Shown here: positions 11,405 to 25,200 of the stretch, piece after piece | How the letters are laid out: each line of letters begins with the position of its first letter | Position numbering within the stretch: the stretch's first letter is position 1 | Assembly: GCF_009834535.1 (NCBI RefSeq) | Contig: NC_045697.1 | Span: 38,504,001-38,568,000 of the forward strand | Reading direction: 5' to 3' | Length of the DNA stretch: 64,000 nucleotides | Origin: Camelus ferus | Taxonomy: Eukaryota | The notes under the pieces: model-generated | The model's database searches: none | Seen by the model: only the letters and a program-made list of their open reading frames with translations | Told to the model about the DNA's origin: nothing | Translations under genes and position numbers: made by a program

Positions 11405-12500
11405 TTCTTAATGATGGAAATTTCCACACATGCAAAAGTAGAGAGGATAGTATAATGAGCTCTTGCAAACTCATCACTTAGATTTGACAATTATCAACAC
11501 ATGATCAATCTTGTATCCTCTCTCTCCCCCCACTACCCCCCTCACTGGAATATTTTAAAACAAATTTCAGGCATCATATTATCTGCAAGTTTTTTCACTA
11601 AGTATCTTATCAAAAAAGGACCCCTTTAAAAAATGTAATCTCAATCACACTATCACCCAAAAATCAAAATTAATTAATTAATATCAATTATTTAGCAGTG
11701 TTCAAATTTTCCTATGTCATAAATGTATCTTATTGTTGGTTTGTTTGAGTCAGCATCCAAATAAGATTCTCATGTTGCATTTGGTTGATATATTTCTTGT
11801 CTCCTGTAGTCCATAAACATTCCTTCTCTTCCCTTTTTCCCCCTCTTACCACTTGTTGAAGAATAAGGGTCATTTATTCTGTAGAATTTTCTATGTTGTC
11901 TCGCCCTACTTTTGGGTGAGAAAGAGTTGCTTTTCGTTTCCCTAAAGCGTAGGAGAGGATAGAACAGCGTGGGCTGTGATATCTCTAAGTGGAACCACTG
12001 GCCCCTGGGAGCTGAGAGGGACAATGGCCAATTTGACAGTCCCAGTGTGCTACTGGGGAACTCTTTCTGGGCAGTGATCCTTTTATTTTTTATAGTCATA
12101 TTGATAATAAAGAGGCATAGAAAAGTACAGGAGTGCCTTCTGAATCCTTAAATTATTATCAGATGATGCTGAGTATGTATTAACTGATACATTCTAATTG
12201 TTTGAAAACCAGTACTCAGGTTCACAGATGTTCCGTACATTTATTTTCTATTAACTGGGATATGTAATTAGAATATGCAATGTTGTGTTTATTCTTAAAA
12301 TCTAGATTCAGGAAGTGGAAATCTTGGTAGTAAGGAATATGCTGGGTGTTACTTTGAGACCATGTATTTTATTATCCAGTGATTTTTCTCATGTCTATTG
12401 ATGATCCTTGCCTAAATCAGTTGTTACATGGGGGTTGCAAAATGATGATTTTTCTAATTTTATTGTTTCTTCTACATTTGTTCGTTGATATTCTTCTTAA
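11405..12500 (-). mobile_element. Fragmented old L1 3' UTR (L1MC5-like)
   Basis: 'ggaaatttccacacatgcaaaagtagagaggatagtataatgag' and 'ttgatgatccttgcctaaatcagttgttacatgggggttgcaaaatg'; other sequence intervenes at about 11910-12360. Confidence 0.7.
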
Positions 12501-12532
12501 ATAAAAACTTTTTACTTAGAAACTCTCTTAAC

Positions 12533-12700
12533 CAGTGGTTCTTTACCAATTTTGAGTCTCCACCCATGTTGAAAATCTAATGAAAGTGGATTCTAGCCCT
12601 GGCAAAATGCTCATATACAGATTTTATGTACAATTTTATTGGGTTCTTGGACTAAAGCCCAGTTATCTCTATGAAACCCCCCTCATATAAGATCCTAGGT
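12533..12700. mobile_element. Decayed hAT-type MITE
   Basis: Begins 'cagtggttct' (hAT terminus), then 'ttgaaaatctaatgaaag...aaaatgctcatatac'. Confidence 0.5.
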
Positions 12701-14774
12701 TGTGTTCCAACCCTGCCATATTATGTTCGTGTAAGGAAGCTTGGTGTCTGGGAAGGTTTCAGTGATGTCCTTAAGGTTACACGTTAGCAGAAATAAACTT
12801 GACCCTAGGGTTTTTTGTTTGTTTGTTTCTTATTCTCATGAAAAACCACTGGTTTGCCTACACATAACTCACAAAAAGTTCTGTAATATAGTGAGAAAAA
12901 GCTCCTCAAATGAAAAGAATGGCCTTGTAGAGTGAAGAGAGGAGGGGCGGATTTTTATTTTAGGAACAAGTCCGTAGACGCAGGGCACCTGAGTATTCCA
13001 GTTTCAAAATAATAGAATTCTTTGTTACTGAAACTGTTTTCTATAATTCCTTTTTCTTGCTTTCCTCACGCTAATGTTTAATGTAAAAAGTGGCTGATGT
13101 TTTTGGAGGCAGAGGCTAATGCGGTGTTTCAGGAAACGATGGTTTGTGGCACTTTTCTCCCTGTGAAGGGGCGCTTTCCCTGCTGGACAGCACCTGTTCC
13201 CTTAGGGTCTCGTAAGATAGCTATCTGGGTGTGTGTGACTGGCTTTACGAAATGCTATCATCGGTCATCATGTGTTTTCTATTAGCACATCTCGGTTGTG
13301 TCTGAGCCATATGCAGTTTTTTAGGATTAATGTAGTTTTTTAGGATTTCTGCAGAAACTGTGTTATTCAACACACCACTGTGACCTTCAATCTGGAAAGC
13401 CTCATTACATCTCGGCCTTGCTCCAGAAAGCCAAAGCCGGCTCCAAGGCAGCACGTATCATAACTGTCTGTAGGCTTTGTTTACACAAAGGGACACGTCT
13501 ATTTCATTGTCCTTGGTATCACAATGGGTGGAAAAGGGAAATGTTACCGCTTTCTCTCTAGCATTTTCTTGTGGTGGAAGAGATTGATAAAGTACAGGCA
13601 GGCAGTAGAATTTGTGCAAAATAAGATGGGAGTAGTCACGATGTCCCATCTTGTCAGTATTTCCTGGTTTGTGTGTGTGGCGGGGGAAGATGGGGATGCA
13701 GAGAGGACTGGAAGTCAAATAATGCTGGAAAAATACAGGCCGCTTAAAATATAGGTGACCCAGGGGATGATTTTAACCCAAACAGGCTATAAAATAATAG
13801 ATGACTTTAAGTTACTGCTTTTCATAGTGTATAAAATAGTCTACAAAGCATGAGCTGCAGACCTCTGGGACACTGACCGCAGAGCTTTTATCAGGATGGG
13901 ACAGAGTTCCTGCTTCTGTCTCCTTGTGTGTAAAGGAATCCTTAGTCACTGCTGATTTGGGAATTCTTTACTTCTGGTGCCTGGTATTGTAATTAATTTG
14001 TTTGCTGGGCAGATCCCTGATCCCATCCCTGAAAAGTTTCCTTGACAAGGGTGACTGGATCCCTTTCTACTGTTTCTAGATGCAGACAAACTGGAAAGGC
14101 AGTTTGGAAGGTATTTCAATTTTGATCTTTATGAAATAGATGGATAAAAATAGTAGTTCAAATAAGATATAAATAAAAAATATTTTTTAGGTTTCTGAAC
14201 TTCCCACATAAAATAGTCTCTTCTACATTAAAAAAAAATCAAAGATCAAATTCTGTGATAACCAGACAAGTGCTAAAGATACTTTAAATAATAAACTGGG
14301 CTGTATTGACTAATGTTTGAGTCACCAACATTTCTGAAATAAAATTTCTTGAAGTAGTATTTATTTTTCAGGAGACAATATATCAAGTGTAGTTATTTTG
14401 GGACTCTGTTTAAAAAAAAATCTAACAGCCCTTCTGAATTGTTTTACCAACCTAGAAAACTTTTCTTGTGATGTTTATCATGAGTATCTGATTGCTTCTG
14501 AGAAAACAAAGATAAAGCATTAAAACTTCATATGAACTGGCTTTTTGTTGTACGGATTTAGATATAGGTAGGGGAAGAGGTGGCGGCAAGATGGGGAAAT
14601 TTGGAGTATGTGTCGATTTCCTGTTACTTTACAGATGTTTTAGGCTTGTAAGACTAACACTCCGTCAACTGTTCATGTGCCCTCCTTGGTGTGCTGCAAC
14701 GTGTGGCTGCTGCCACCAGGTGGATGCTGGTGCCTAGGCACAGCTATGCCGTCCAAACTGGAAACTAGGAGGCA

Positions 14775-15070
14775 GTGATTCAGCAGTTTAACAAGCATCT
14801 ATCAACTCACTATAAGTCAGGCACTGTGCTGGGTGCTGAGTATACAAAGATGAATGAGACAGAATCCCTGCCTGTGGGAGACAGACACAAGACAAAAAAC
14901 AGGCAGACACTGTTTCTTTTTTTTTTTTAAGTGATAGAATTATGCATACAGGGCTCCCAAAGGACAAAGAGAAAACAAATCACTACCCTTGATTTTATGG
15001 AAGATGTCCTGAAGGGAACTGCTATGGAGCTGCACCTTGAGGCGTGATGATGAGTTAGGTTAAATTAAGG
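14775..15070 (-). mobile_element. L2 3' region
   Basis: 'caggcactgtgctgggtgctgagtatacaaagatgaatgagacagaatccctgcc'. Confidence 0.75.
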
Positions 15071-15599
15071 AGAGTCCTGCAGATGACTGATTCCAAGCGA
15101 ATATATATATATGTTGTGTTTTTCTGGAAAACTGTAATGATAAACTCAAATCAAAACTCCCTAAATCTCTAATTACTAAAAGTAGTAATGAATAAATGTA
15201 GGAAAATTATTTGGAACAAGATTTAAAAGACTGTAAATGTCTTAATATTTTTAATTACCATCCGGCTAATCTCCCGCTGTTAACCAATTCTTATTCTGAT
15301 ATCCTTTTAAAACCATCTTAAAATTACCCTAAATTTTTTAAGATCAAAACTCAGTGGATCCTCCCTTCCCTATCTCTTTATGTCTCTTTATTTATCTGTT
15401 TGTCTCTGTATCTAATCTGTCTATATCTATCTTACCATCCATCAGAAGTAAGGACTTCCAGGTAGCTTGGGATTTTTTAAAAAAGTCTTTGTATTCTAAT
15501 TTTCTTATCCACTAGATGGTTAGTGCATAATACACAGTTATTGTACAGTTCTTGTCTGTTTCTTGGCCTGAGACATAATTGGCTCTTTGCCAGCTTGAT

Positions 15600-16250
15600 A
15601 TGCACTCAACACCATGAAGCTGCCTTTGCCAGGTCACTATCTCCTTGTTGCTAAATCTAACAGACATTTGTTCATACACACCTTTCTTGAAGATTACATA
15701 ATTTCTCTGCTTAGAACCACTTGTGTCTTCATGGCTTTTAGGATGAAGTTCAAACACTTTAATAAGACCACACCTGACCCTACTCGTTCCTCCAGCCTCA
15801 TCTCTTACCACGCTTCCCTATTCACTGTTAAGATCCCACACAACTGACCTTCTTTCGGTGTTTTGAATGTGCCCTGTCTCCTCACCTCCAGGACTTGCTG
15901 TTCCCTCTGTTCTTTCCTTCTCTACCCCTTTGCTGCCTACTCCTATCCATCCTTCAGGCTCGAGTTCAGACTTACGCTTTCCTTTGAAAGAAACTAAACT
16001 CCAATCATGTCCTTAAAAAAAAAAACCTGTCCACTTCTTCCGACCTCAGTACCAGCTGAGTACTGGTCTCTAGTCTATACAATCGTTACTACGGTCAGGA
16101 CTTCTCTAAAAACTCCCAAACCCGTGTTTCTGCTTCTACTCTCACCCTTCTGCATAATCCATTCTCCACTCATCCACAAGAGTTATCTCTTAAAATACAA
16201 TTGGGATCGTGTCACTTTTATTTAAAGCCCTCCAGTGGCTTAGCATGTAA
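15600..16250 (+). mobile_element. L2 fragments
   Basis: 'ctccttgttgctaaatctaa', 'ctccagcctcatctcttaccac', 'tttaaagccctccagtggctt'. Confidence 0.7.
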
Positions 16251-16388
16251 TTCAACTCAGGTGATCAAGCACCTTACCGCTTCACAGCTGCAAATCCTGC
16301 TCTCACCCTTGCTGGCATGCTCAGTTGTAAGGTAGGCATCCAGGTGATTCACGATGTGCTTACCTCATTACAAAATGTTACTAGAATA

Positions 16389-16503
16389 GGGTGGTGGTGG
16401 TATAGCTCCATGGTAGCACACATGCTTAGTTAGCTTTCATTGAGGTTCTGGGTTCAATCCCTAGTACCTCCATTAAAATAAATAAATAAATAATTTTAAA
16501 AAG
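16389..16503 (+). mobile_element. vic-1-type tRNA-Ala SINE
   Basis: 'ggtatagctccatggtag...gggttcaatccctagtacctcca' plus (TAAA)n tail; TSD aatgtta(c/t)tagaa at 16374-16386 and 16504-16516. Confidence 0.9.
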
Positions 16504-17556
16504 AATGTTATTAGAACAAAAATACAAAGCTAAAAAATTCTTACAGAAAATGTCCAGACTTTTGAGGCACCTTCCCTCTTTTCTGTGCTTCTTTCTTTAG
16601 GACTTAAAATGTCAAGTGATTGTCTTTAAGTTCCTCGAGCGATTGCAATGTTCTCTGTGTTTACTACTATTCCATCTCCAGCGCAGTGCTCAGCTCAGGA
16701 AATAAATTTTTTCAGTTGACTAGTTGAGATTATAACATTTTTCTGGACTTACTCTTGTTCTCTGCCTTGGAAGACCCGGTATTTACACTATTATCATGTA
16801 CAGTATATTCTCATTGTCATAGATTTTTGTCATTTTATAATATATTATCATAAGAATAATAACATACTCCTTTGGAAAATATTTCAGGTTTCAGGAAAAC
16901 AAATTTATTCTTGCTAGTGACATGAATGTGCCTGGCATATATTATGTAATGGTACTAGGGTTTGTTGAACTGAGTGAGCTAAATTGATAACTGCCTTTAT
17001 AAATTTGGCCTATTTTCTTTTAATGTTTTTCTACTATTTTTTTAATCTTATGATTATACTGTTTATACTATTTGGAATTTTACTTTTTAAATCCTATTAA
17101 TATTAAGTATTGGCATGTTTCATAGATGTAACTTTTAATGGCTGCCTGATATTTTCTTTATGGGCTTATTACCGTAATTATAAATAGTTGACTTAGAAAA
17201 TGTTTGTTGAATGTCTGTTGTGTGCCATGACTGTCCAATGGTGAATAAGACATAGTCCTCGACCTAGAGGTACTTTCAGACTAGCATGTAGGGAGGAAGA
17301 AAGTAAAGAGACAATTATGTTCCCGTATTTTAGACATTAGGTTATTTCTAGAATTTCATTATGAGTCTTGACATATGTTGTCAAAATTCATTCTAGGTAT
17401 TGTGGCAATCGGCCCTCCCACCCGTACACAAGATCTAGAATCCAGAGCACAGGATGGGGTTGGAATTCTTCCACATTTAGTGGCATCTGAGCCTGTTGCT
17501 TTATCTCACCTGAGAAGATTAATAAGCTAACGCTGAGGTCCTGTCACTTTTTAGAT

Positions 17557-17847
17557 CTATGCTGTCCAGGATGATAGCCACTAGTCACAGGTGGACTATT
17601 GAGCACGTGAAGTGTGACTCTGAATTAAGATGTGCTGTCAATGTAGAAGCTACACTGGATTTGAGATTTACTCTAAAAAAGGAATGTGGACTATCTCATT
17701 AATAATTTGTATGCTGATGACATGTTGAAATGATAGTATTTTGAATATATATGTATATTAATTTCATCTGTTTTATTTTAACATGGCTACTAGGTGATTT
17801 AAAATTACATGTATGGCTCACACTATGTTTCTACTGGGCAGCGCTGT
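17557..17847. mobile_element. MER33-like hAT-Charlie element
   Basis: 'tgctgtcca...tagccactagtcacaggtggactattgagcac' through 'tttaaaattacatgtatggctcacactatgtttctactgggcagcgctg'. Confidence 0.8.
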
Positions 17848-17999
17848 GATAGACCCTAAACTAAAGTAAAAAGGTTTTCGTTGAATCTCAATGTGACATT
17901 GTGACATCGGAATCTCCTTTCTGGGCCTTTTCTTCCTGTGTGTTCTCTCTTTCTCGCTGTCTCTCTCTTTCTCTCTCTCCCTCTGTCTCTGCTTTCAGA

Positions 18000-18460
18000 T
18001 TAGCCATTTGCCACTTCTTGAGGCTCATTTCCTCATATGTAAAATGGAGATAGTATTGCTTTCTGATTGCACTATTGGCTTGTTTGTTGTAAAGGTAAAA
18101 TAAAAGAGTAGATGAAAAATGCTTTTGTGAGTCATAAAGCAGCACGTAAATGAAATGCATTATCATGCTTTTGTGTCTATACTTTGGTATGAATTTAAAT
18201 TCTTACCAATATGTCACCATTAATTTAAACTCTTAAAGTAAGTCTGGTAATGGAATGAAAGATTTCAGAATCTGCCAGGCTGGGCTACCACATGGTATAA
18301 GCTAGGCTTTGGAGTCTGGTAGACTGGTCCAAGTTACTTTTAACCTCTCTGAGACTTAGTTTCCTCATCTCCAAATAGGTACTTAATATTTTGCAAAGTT
18401 GCACAGTTTAATGTGTCACAGAATGCTTGCCCGACGTGTCACACAGATGATTGATAAACT
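18000..18460 (+). mobile_element. Two MIR fragments (about 18000-18160 and 18290-18460)
   Basis: 'ctcatttcctcatatgtaaaatgga' and 'aacctctctgagacttagtttcctcatct'. Confidence 0.7.
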
Positions 18461-18809
18461 GTCTTTCCCTTTTCTCCTTGTTTCTAGTGAGAGCCAGAGA
18501 TTGTTTTTTGGTCAAGAGTCATGTAAAGATGGTCCTGAAATCATACATAGGCACCAGTGGTGTCTTATTTTGCTCATAGTTTACTCTCCTTCCCAAACAT
18601 AGTGACAGACTTGAAGCCAGATATAATAAAGATTTCAATGCAACCCATTGCGTTTGGGTTTGTATCTGTGTAGAATGGAGTTTCTACAGCGTCTGCTCTT
18701 GTGAGCAGCAGTCCCAGGAGATTATGAACTTAATAGGCTCGGGAAGACACCAGACTTTTTCAAACATGAGGACTCCTTAATTTTATTGAATAATACTGTC
18801 TTTTAGAAT

Positions 18810-19140
18810 AGTTAGTGTTTTTTCAGACTACAAAAGCAATACATTCTCATTATAACAGTTTAAAATGCAGAAACTTATAATATAGACAGTGAAAACACAC
18901 CTATAAATCTCTCCCAAAATTAATACTGTAGTTTATATTTTCTAAAATTTTCTATGAACATGTCATAATACATTTACATATGTTAAAGCAGGATTTACAA
19001 CAAGTATTTATTTATTTAAAAATTTGGGTTATTTTATATATAGACAGATACTTTTCCTTTTAGACTTAACTAATTTTGGACCTTTTTCCGTGTAAGTACA
19101 TGGAAAACTTCTTTAACATTTCGACAACTTTTAGTAATCT
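18810..19140 (-). mobile_element. Very old L1 (L1ME-like) 3' fragment
   Basis: 'acaaaagcaatacattctcattataacagtttaaaatgcagaaac' followed by T-rich decayed L1 3' UTR. Confidence 0.5.
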
Positions 19141-20639
19141 TAGATGATAGTGGTGACAATACTGGCTATGAATTCAATTACATTTTAAAATACGTTTTAG
19201 AAATTAAAGACAAGAGTAATCGTATACATTGGAAACATGGCAATATTTTTGTGTGAAACGTATAATCTGTGTGGTGTTTGGCATACGGTGTTCAGACAAT
19301 GAACTTCGTGCTCATAGGAATCTGTTGGGATCCTTGAATAACTCCCTGTTTCCCACAAGTTGGGAACTACTGCATGACAACTAGCTTAGCTATGGACGTT
19401 CTATACAGACTAGTCACCCAGGCGTGCCTGGTTTACCTGAAGTTGACATCTTGCATAAAAGCTACAGTAAAATAATAATTATCTGATGGTCATAATAAAT
19501 GCTTTGTTGGGTATGTATCAACTGTGGGGTGCCCTTTTCCTGGCTTTTAGTGACTGCAGCAATTTCAGGGGCTTTTCTAAAACTGGGACCCACTCAGAAG
19601 CCACTCAGGAGAGTCTAAATCAGGTTTGTTTGTGTAACCCGCACCTGTCAGGGGACTGTTACCTGCTCTGAGGGAGATCCGCTTCAACATGGACTTTGGA
19701 AAGTATTCTCCTTGCAAGTAGAATGTGATTTTGGGGATTTACCTGCTTTCTTGCATTTGCCTCTACCAACTGAAATCTTACTTTTTTTTTCAAGACTCAT
19801 ATTATCAGTGAAATCTCTCTGGCCCTTCTCCTCTGTCCTGACTGGCTGTGCTGCAGATGTTCACACTTCCTCATATTCCGCTTCACATTGTTCTTCAATG
19901 GCTTTGGTATAAATCGACTTTCCAGTGGGCTTTTAGAGGACATTTGCTCCCCAGAGGACACAGTGTAAGACTGGATGGTCAGTAGTCACTTACTAGGTAC
20001 CTACTTCTTTAAGTTATTAGGCACTTTCTTGAGTTTTTTTCTTTATTTTTCTCTCTCCTCCTTCTAATCAATTAGCTAATAAATCTAAATTCAAGCATCT
20101 AAAATAAATCCTGTAGTGGTACTGAGCTGTTGGAGAAAAGTCAAGGGACCTCTGTGAGGCCAGGAAGCACCAACTGCTGTTGGCCGTGGACAGCAGAGAG
20201 CTCGAATACTTATCAGTTTTGCAGCAGCAAACAACGCAGCAGAAAGCCGGTGGAGGTCTGATTGCCCTTGGAGCTGGCACTCTTTTGCTGAGTCACTACT
20301 TCAGAACTCTTGTTAGGACTGGCTGGAGTCTATTTCCAACGTTTTCTTCTACCTGCAATGTGAAAAACTTCATTTCATTGGAAATTGATTATTTAGAGAC
20401 GAGCAATCAGTGATGAGGCTTTTACCCTTTGAGTACTCTTAATAGGTTAGTAATTTATAGGTATGAAAACTCCAAAGGACAAAGTGTAGTGTGGGTAAAG
20501 GAATACCTTGCATCATTTTAATGTTATCTTCAAAGGAAGTGCATATTTGTTGTTGATATTTTAGTTTTAGTTATTCTGAATTTTAAAAAGATGGCAGTTT
20601 GATTTTGGATTCGTCTGCCGCATCTCACCACCTCCATCA

Positions 20640-20860
20640 AATAATCAACCAATCAATCAACAGATATTTATGAGGCATGATGATAAACATGTGAGAGAAA
20701 ATGTAATTCAGTTCAACAAATATTTACCAAGCATTTATTCCATGTCAAGCCCTGTGCCAGTGGAAGAGATACAGCAGTTAACAAGAATTGACTCCCTGCC
20801 TCCTTGAATTTACAATCTGCCTGAAAACAAACAGTAAGCAGGTAATTACAAAGATGATCC
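20640..20860 (-). mobile_element. L2 3' end
   Basis: 'ttcaacaaatatttaccaagcatttattccatgtcaagccctgtgc'. Confidence 0.7.
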
Positions 20861-22237
20861 AGATTAAATCTGTATCAAATTAAACTGCATTGATTGATAT
20901 AAATATGACACAGCCCCTTTTCCTAAGGAGCTTATACTTTGTGTTGAAAGAGATATATACAACTTACTTGAACGCCAGGCAGAATACATCTTGTAGTAGT
21001 GGTATAAAAATAGTACTTTGAGGGCAAAGACTAGAAAATGATTAATCTGGACCTCAGGAATTGTAGGTAATTCCATGATTAAGAAGTCAGCCTAAAAGGG
21101 TAGACATTTTGACAGTAAAATGAAGGAAAGAAAGGCAGTCTAGGTGTTGGTGCTAATTAATCATACTTCTCATTTGCTCCTGTTAATGGCGGAGATTAGA
21201 ATATCTGATCAGCTGAATTGCTATTCAAACTGAGTTGAGGAACATGGCTGGGACCCATATGGCCTACAGCGTTTCTCCGTCCTCCTCAGTTTCGTGTGTC
21301 TGTTGAGGTCAGAGGCACAACAGCTGGAAAACTGCATACTGCCTTCCAGAGGAGGCTGGCTCTGCTTATGGGCAAGAGGCTCTGTCTGAGAAAGGGGGCC
21401 AACGAGAAACTCGTCATGCCTGAGTACTGACCTTTTCTCCAGATTATGTTTCTTGAGGGGCGGAAATAGGAGAAATGTTAAGAGTGAAAACTTCCTCCTC
21501 ATTACTTCTCCAAGAGAGCAGAACTGTGGGCAGAAGTTCCAGAGTACAGGCAAAGCCAGAAACTTGGGGAGAGGAAGAGAAGAAATCCCTCTTCTTCTCT
21601 GGGTAAGAAAACAGACAACTGTAATGATAAATTGCATAACACAAACTGAAAATTCTACCTAGATTGGAGACTGGGGAGAAGGGATGTCAGTGGTCCTAGA
21701 GTGTGGTCCAGGAAGGCTGTCTGCCTGGAGATGATAGAACTTGAGCTGTGTCTGTGGTTCAGTTGCAAAGAGCAGATTCACACTCGGTTTTGTTTTTTTT
21801 TCCCCCTGAATGGCATGTAGTACATCAGTAGAACACAAGCTGAATTACATGTTTTTACTAAAAGCTGTGTGGCAATTCAGGCAGTTTCTTGTAACCGTGT
21901 GTTAATTGGCAAAGAACAACAGGTTGGCTTTGAGAGCTCCAAAGCAATTCCAGGTAAGGGGGCATCCAGGTGGCATAGAAAGGAACAAGGAAATATCCAG
22001 TGTCCACTTTCAGTGCTCCCTCGCCCCTCCATTAGCACTGATCAAGTGTCTTCTCTATTGTTTCCTAACCCTTCATCTCCAACCTACACGTCCTGGTAGA
22101 GGGAAATAGGTGTCATATTTAAAACAGTATTTCATGGATGGATGCCAGCACCATTTGAAATGGTGTTGAGTGGATGAGGAATGAGGAAATGTGAAATGCA
22201 TGTTGAAGAAGCAGTGAACAGTTGAATGCTCAGGGTA

Positions 22238-25200
22238 TTTTTTTTTTAAACACTTTTATTGAAGGTAAGAATGACATACAATAAACTGCACATTTAAAGT
22301 GTGCAATTTGATGAGATTCGACATATGAATACACCTGAGCTGTATTCTATTCTCATAGGGAAGTAATGAGGAAACCCTCACCACAATTAAGATAAGAATA
22401 TTTCATCCTGCAAAATACATTCATGCTCCTTTGAAATCCATCCTTCCTTCCACCCCTGTTCCAAACAACTTATATGCTATCTCCATAAATTAATTTGCAT
22501 TTTATAAAATTTTAATGTAAGTGAAATTATACAGTATGTACTCTTTTTTTTTTTTTTTTTTTTGGTCTGGTTTCTTTCTCCCAACGTAATGATTTTGAGA
22601 TTCATCCAAGTTGTGTATATCAGTAGTTTGTACCTTTTTATTGCTGAGTAGTATTCTATCCTATGAGTATAATGATTTTGTTTATTTTCCCATCAATGGA
22701 AATTTAAAATAAAGCTGCCGTGAACATTCATGTAAGTCGTGTGCACATACATTTCATTTCTCTCAGATAAATATGTAGGAGTGAAATGGTGGCTGTATTG
22801 TATGGTATGTATATGTTTTAAGTTTGTAAGGAACTGATAAACTGTCTTCCCAAGTGACTGTAGCATTTTGCATTCTCACTAGCAGCGTATGAGAGGTCCA
22901 GTTGCTTCGCATCCTCAGCAGTACTTGCTATTGTCAGTCTTTTTCACTTTAGCCGTTCTAGTGGATATGGTATCTATTTGTGGTTTTAATTTGCATTTGC
23001 CTAATGACTAATGACGTTGAACATACTATCTTGTGCTTGTTTGCCATCTGTGATATCCTCTTTGTAGAGTATCTGTTCAAATCTTAGGTCCATTTTCTTC
23101 CTGGGGGCTTGCTTTCTTGTTATTGAGTTATAATAGTTCTTTATATATTCTGGATACAAGTATTTTGTTGGATAGATATCTTACAGATCTTTTCTCCCAC
23201 TCTTGCCTTTTCATTTTTTTAAGTGTCTTTTGAAGAACAAGTTTTTCATTTTGATGAAGTCCACTGTATTGTTCTTTAGCAAGGTGTGTTTATTTGCTCA
23301 TGCATATCCTCCTTGAATAATTCCCACACCTTTGTTGAAAATCAGTTGCATGTATGTATGTGTCTGTTTCTGGATTCTCTATTCTGTTTCATTCATCTCG
23401 AGGTCTGTCTTTACAATACCGCACTGTCCTGAGTAGTGTAGCTTTATAATAAGCCTTGAAAACACATAGGTTAAGTTCTCCAACTTGGCTCTTTTTCAGA
23501 ATTGTTTTTTTTTTTTTTTTTTTTTGCCCTTCTAAGTCCTTTGTATTTCTATAAAAATTTTAGTGTCAGTTTCTCTTTTCTATAGAAAAAAAGTGTTTGC
23601 AGGGATTTAGGATTTTGATTGGGATTACATTAAATCACTAGATCAATTTGGGGAGAATTGACATCTTAGCAATATTGAGTCTTCCAGCCCATGAGCGTGA
23701 ATGATTATTCTCTATTTGTTTAGGTCTCCTTTAATTTCTCTCTCAGCAGTTTTTTTTTTTTTTTTGCTTTAAACATTTAATTATCTTTTAAAGATACTTT
23801 AAATTTAAGAAAAACAAGTATTTTGTATTTACTCCCATATTTACTGTTTAGGCAGCTCGTTATGCTTTTGTGTAGATTGAGATTTCCATCTGGTATCACT
23901 TTCCTTTTACCTAAAATTTCTTGTGCTTTACGTTGGTGATTAATTTTATTTCACCTTTATTTTTGAAAGATGCCTTCACTGGATAGAGAATTCTACACTA
24001 ACAGTTTTTAAATTTTCTTTCTGACTTCACAGGTGTCATGTCACACTACTGTTACCTGTCCTCTATTGAAACCCACTGTCATTCTTTATTCTTTTATGTA
24101 TACTGTATCTCTTTTTTTCTGGCTTTTTAGTGATTTTCCTCTTTACCACTGGTTTTCAGTAATTTGGTTTTGTTGGATCTTAGTATGGTTTTCTTCATTT
24201 TTTTCTGCCCAAGTATTTGTTCAGCTTACTGGATCTGAATTTATAGTTTTTAGGAAATGGAAATTTTCAACCATTATTTCTTCAAATAAATTTTCTCTCT
24301 TCTTACCTTTATTCTCTCCCCCTGAAACTCTAGTTACACTTATGTTGGGTCACTAATGTCCCACAGCTCACTGTTGATCTGTTTGTTTAATTCATTTTAG
24401 TAATTTTGCTCTTTGTATTTCATTTCGGGGAGTTTTTATTGCTATGTCTTCATATTTTACTAATCCTTTCTTCCGTACTGTCTTGTCTGTTGTTACTCCC
24501 ATCCAGTGTATTTTTCATTTCTGCAAGTTTGATTTTGTCTTCTTTATATCTTTTATCTCTCTTATTGTGCTCATACTTTCCTGTATCTTCTTGAATGTAT
24601 GGAGTATATTTTATATATACTCAGACTCATAAAAATAAATCCTCAGGCTGTTAGCTGTTTTTATTTTATTTTTTATTGAACTGTAGTTCATTTACAGTGT
24701 TAGTTTCAAGTATACAGCAAAGTGATTTAGTTTTATATATGTATATATATGTATATATAAAACTAAATATATATGTATATTCAGATTCTTTTCCATTATA
24801 GCTTATTACAAGACATTGAATATAGTTTCCTGTGCTATACAGTAGGCCCTTGTTGTGTATTCATTTTACATATTTACACATAGTATTTACATATAGTAAT
24901 GTGTATCTGTTAATACCAAATGTTAGCTGTTTTAACACCTTTGTCTACCAAGTTTCTCACTCATGTCATTTCTGGGCTTGTTTCTGTTGCTTAATTTTTC
25001 TTCTCATTATTGGACATATTTTTTGCTTCTTCCTCAGTCTGGAAATTTTTATTGGATGTTAGGCATTGTGAGTTTTATGCTATTGGGTGCTGGACTTTTT
25101 TAAAAAATTCCTTGAAATAGTTTTGGACTTTGTACTATGATGTGGCTAACTAGGGGGCAGTTTGATCTTCTGAGAAGCAGGTGATCTGTTCAGATTTTCC

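Noticed and set aside
21221..21662. Longest ORF (138 aa) and overlapping ORFs
   Set aside because: No recognisable domain, no matching splice boundaries, and overlapping ORFs on both strands as expected by chance.
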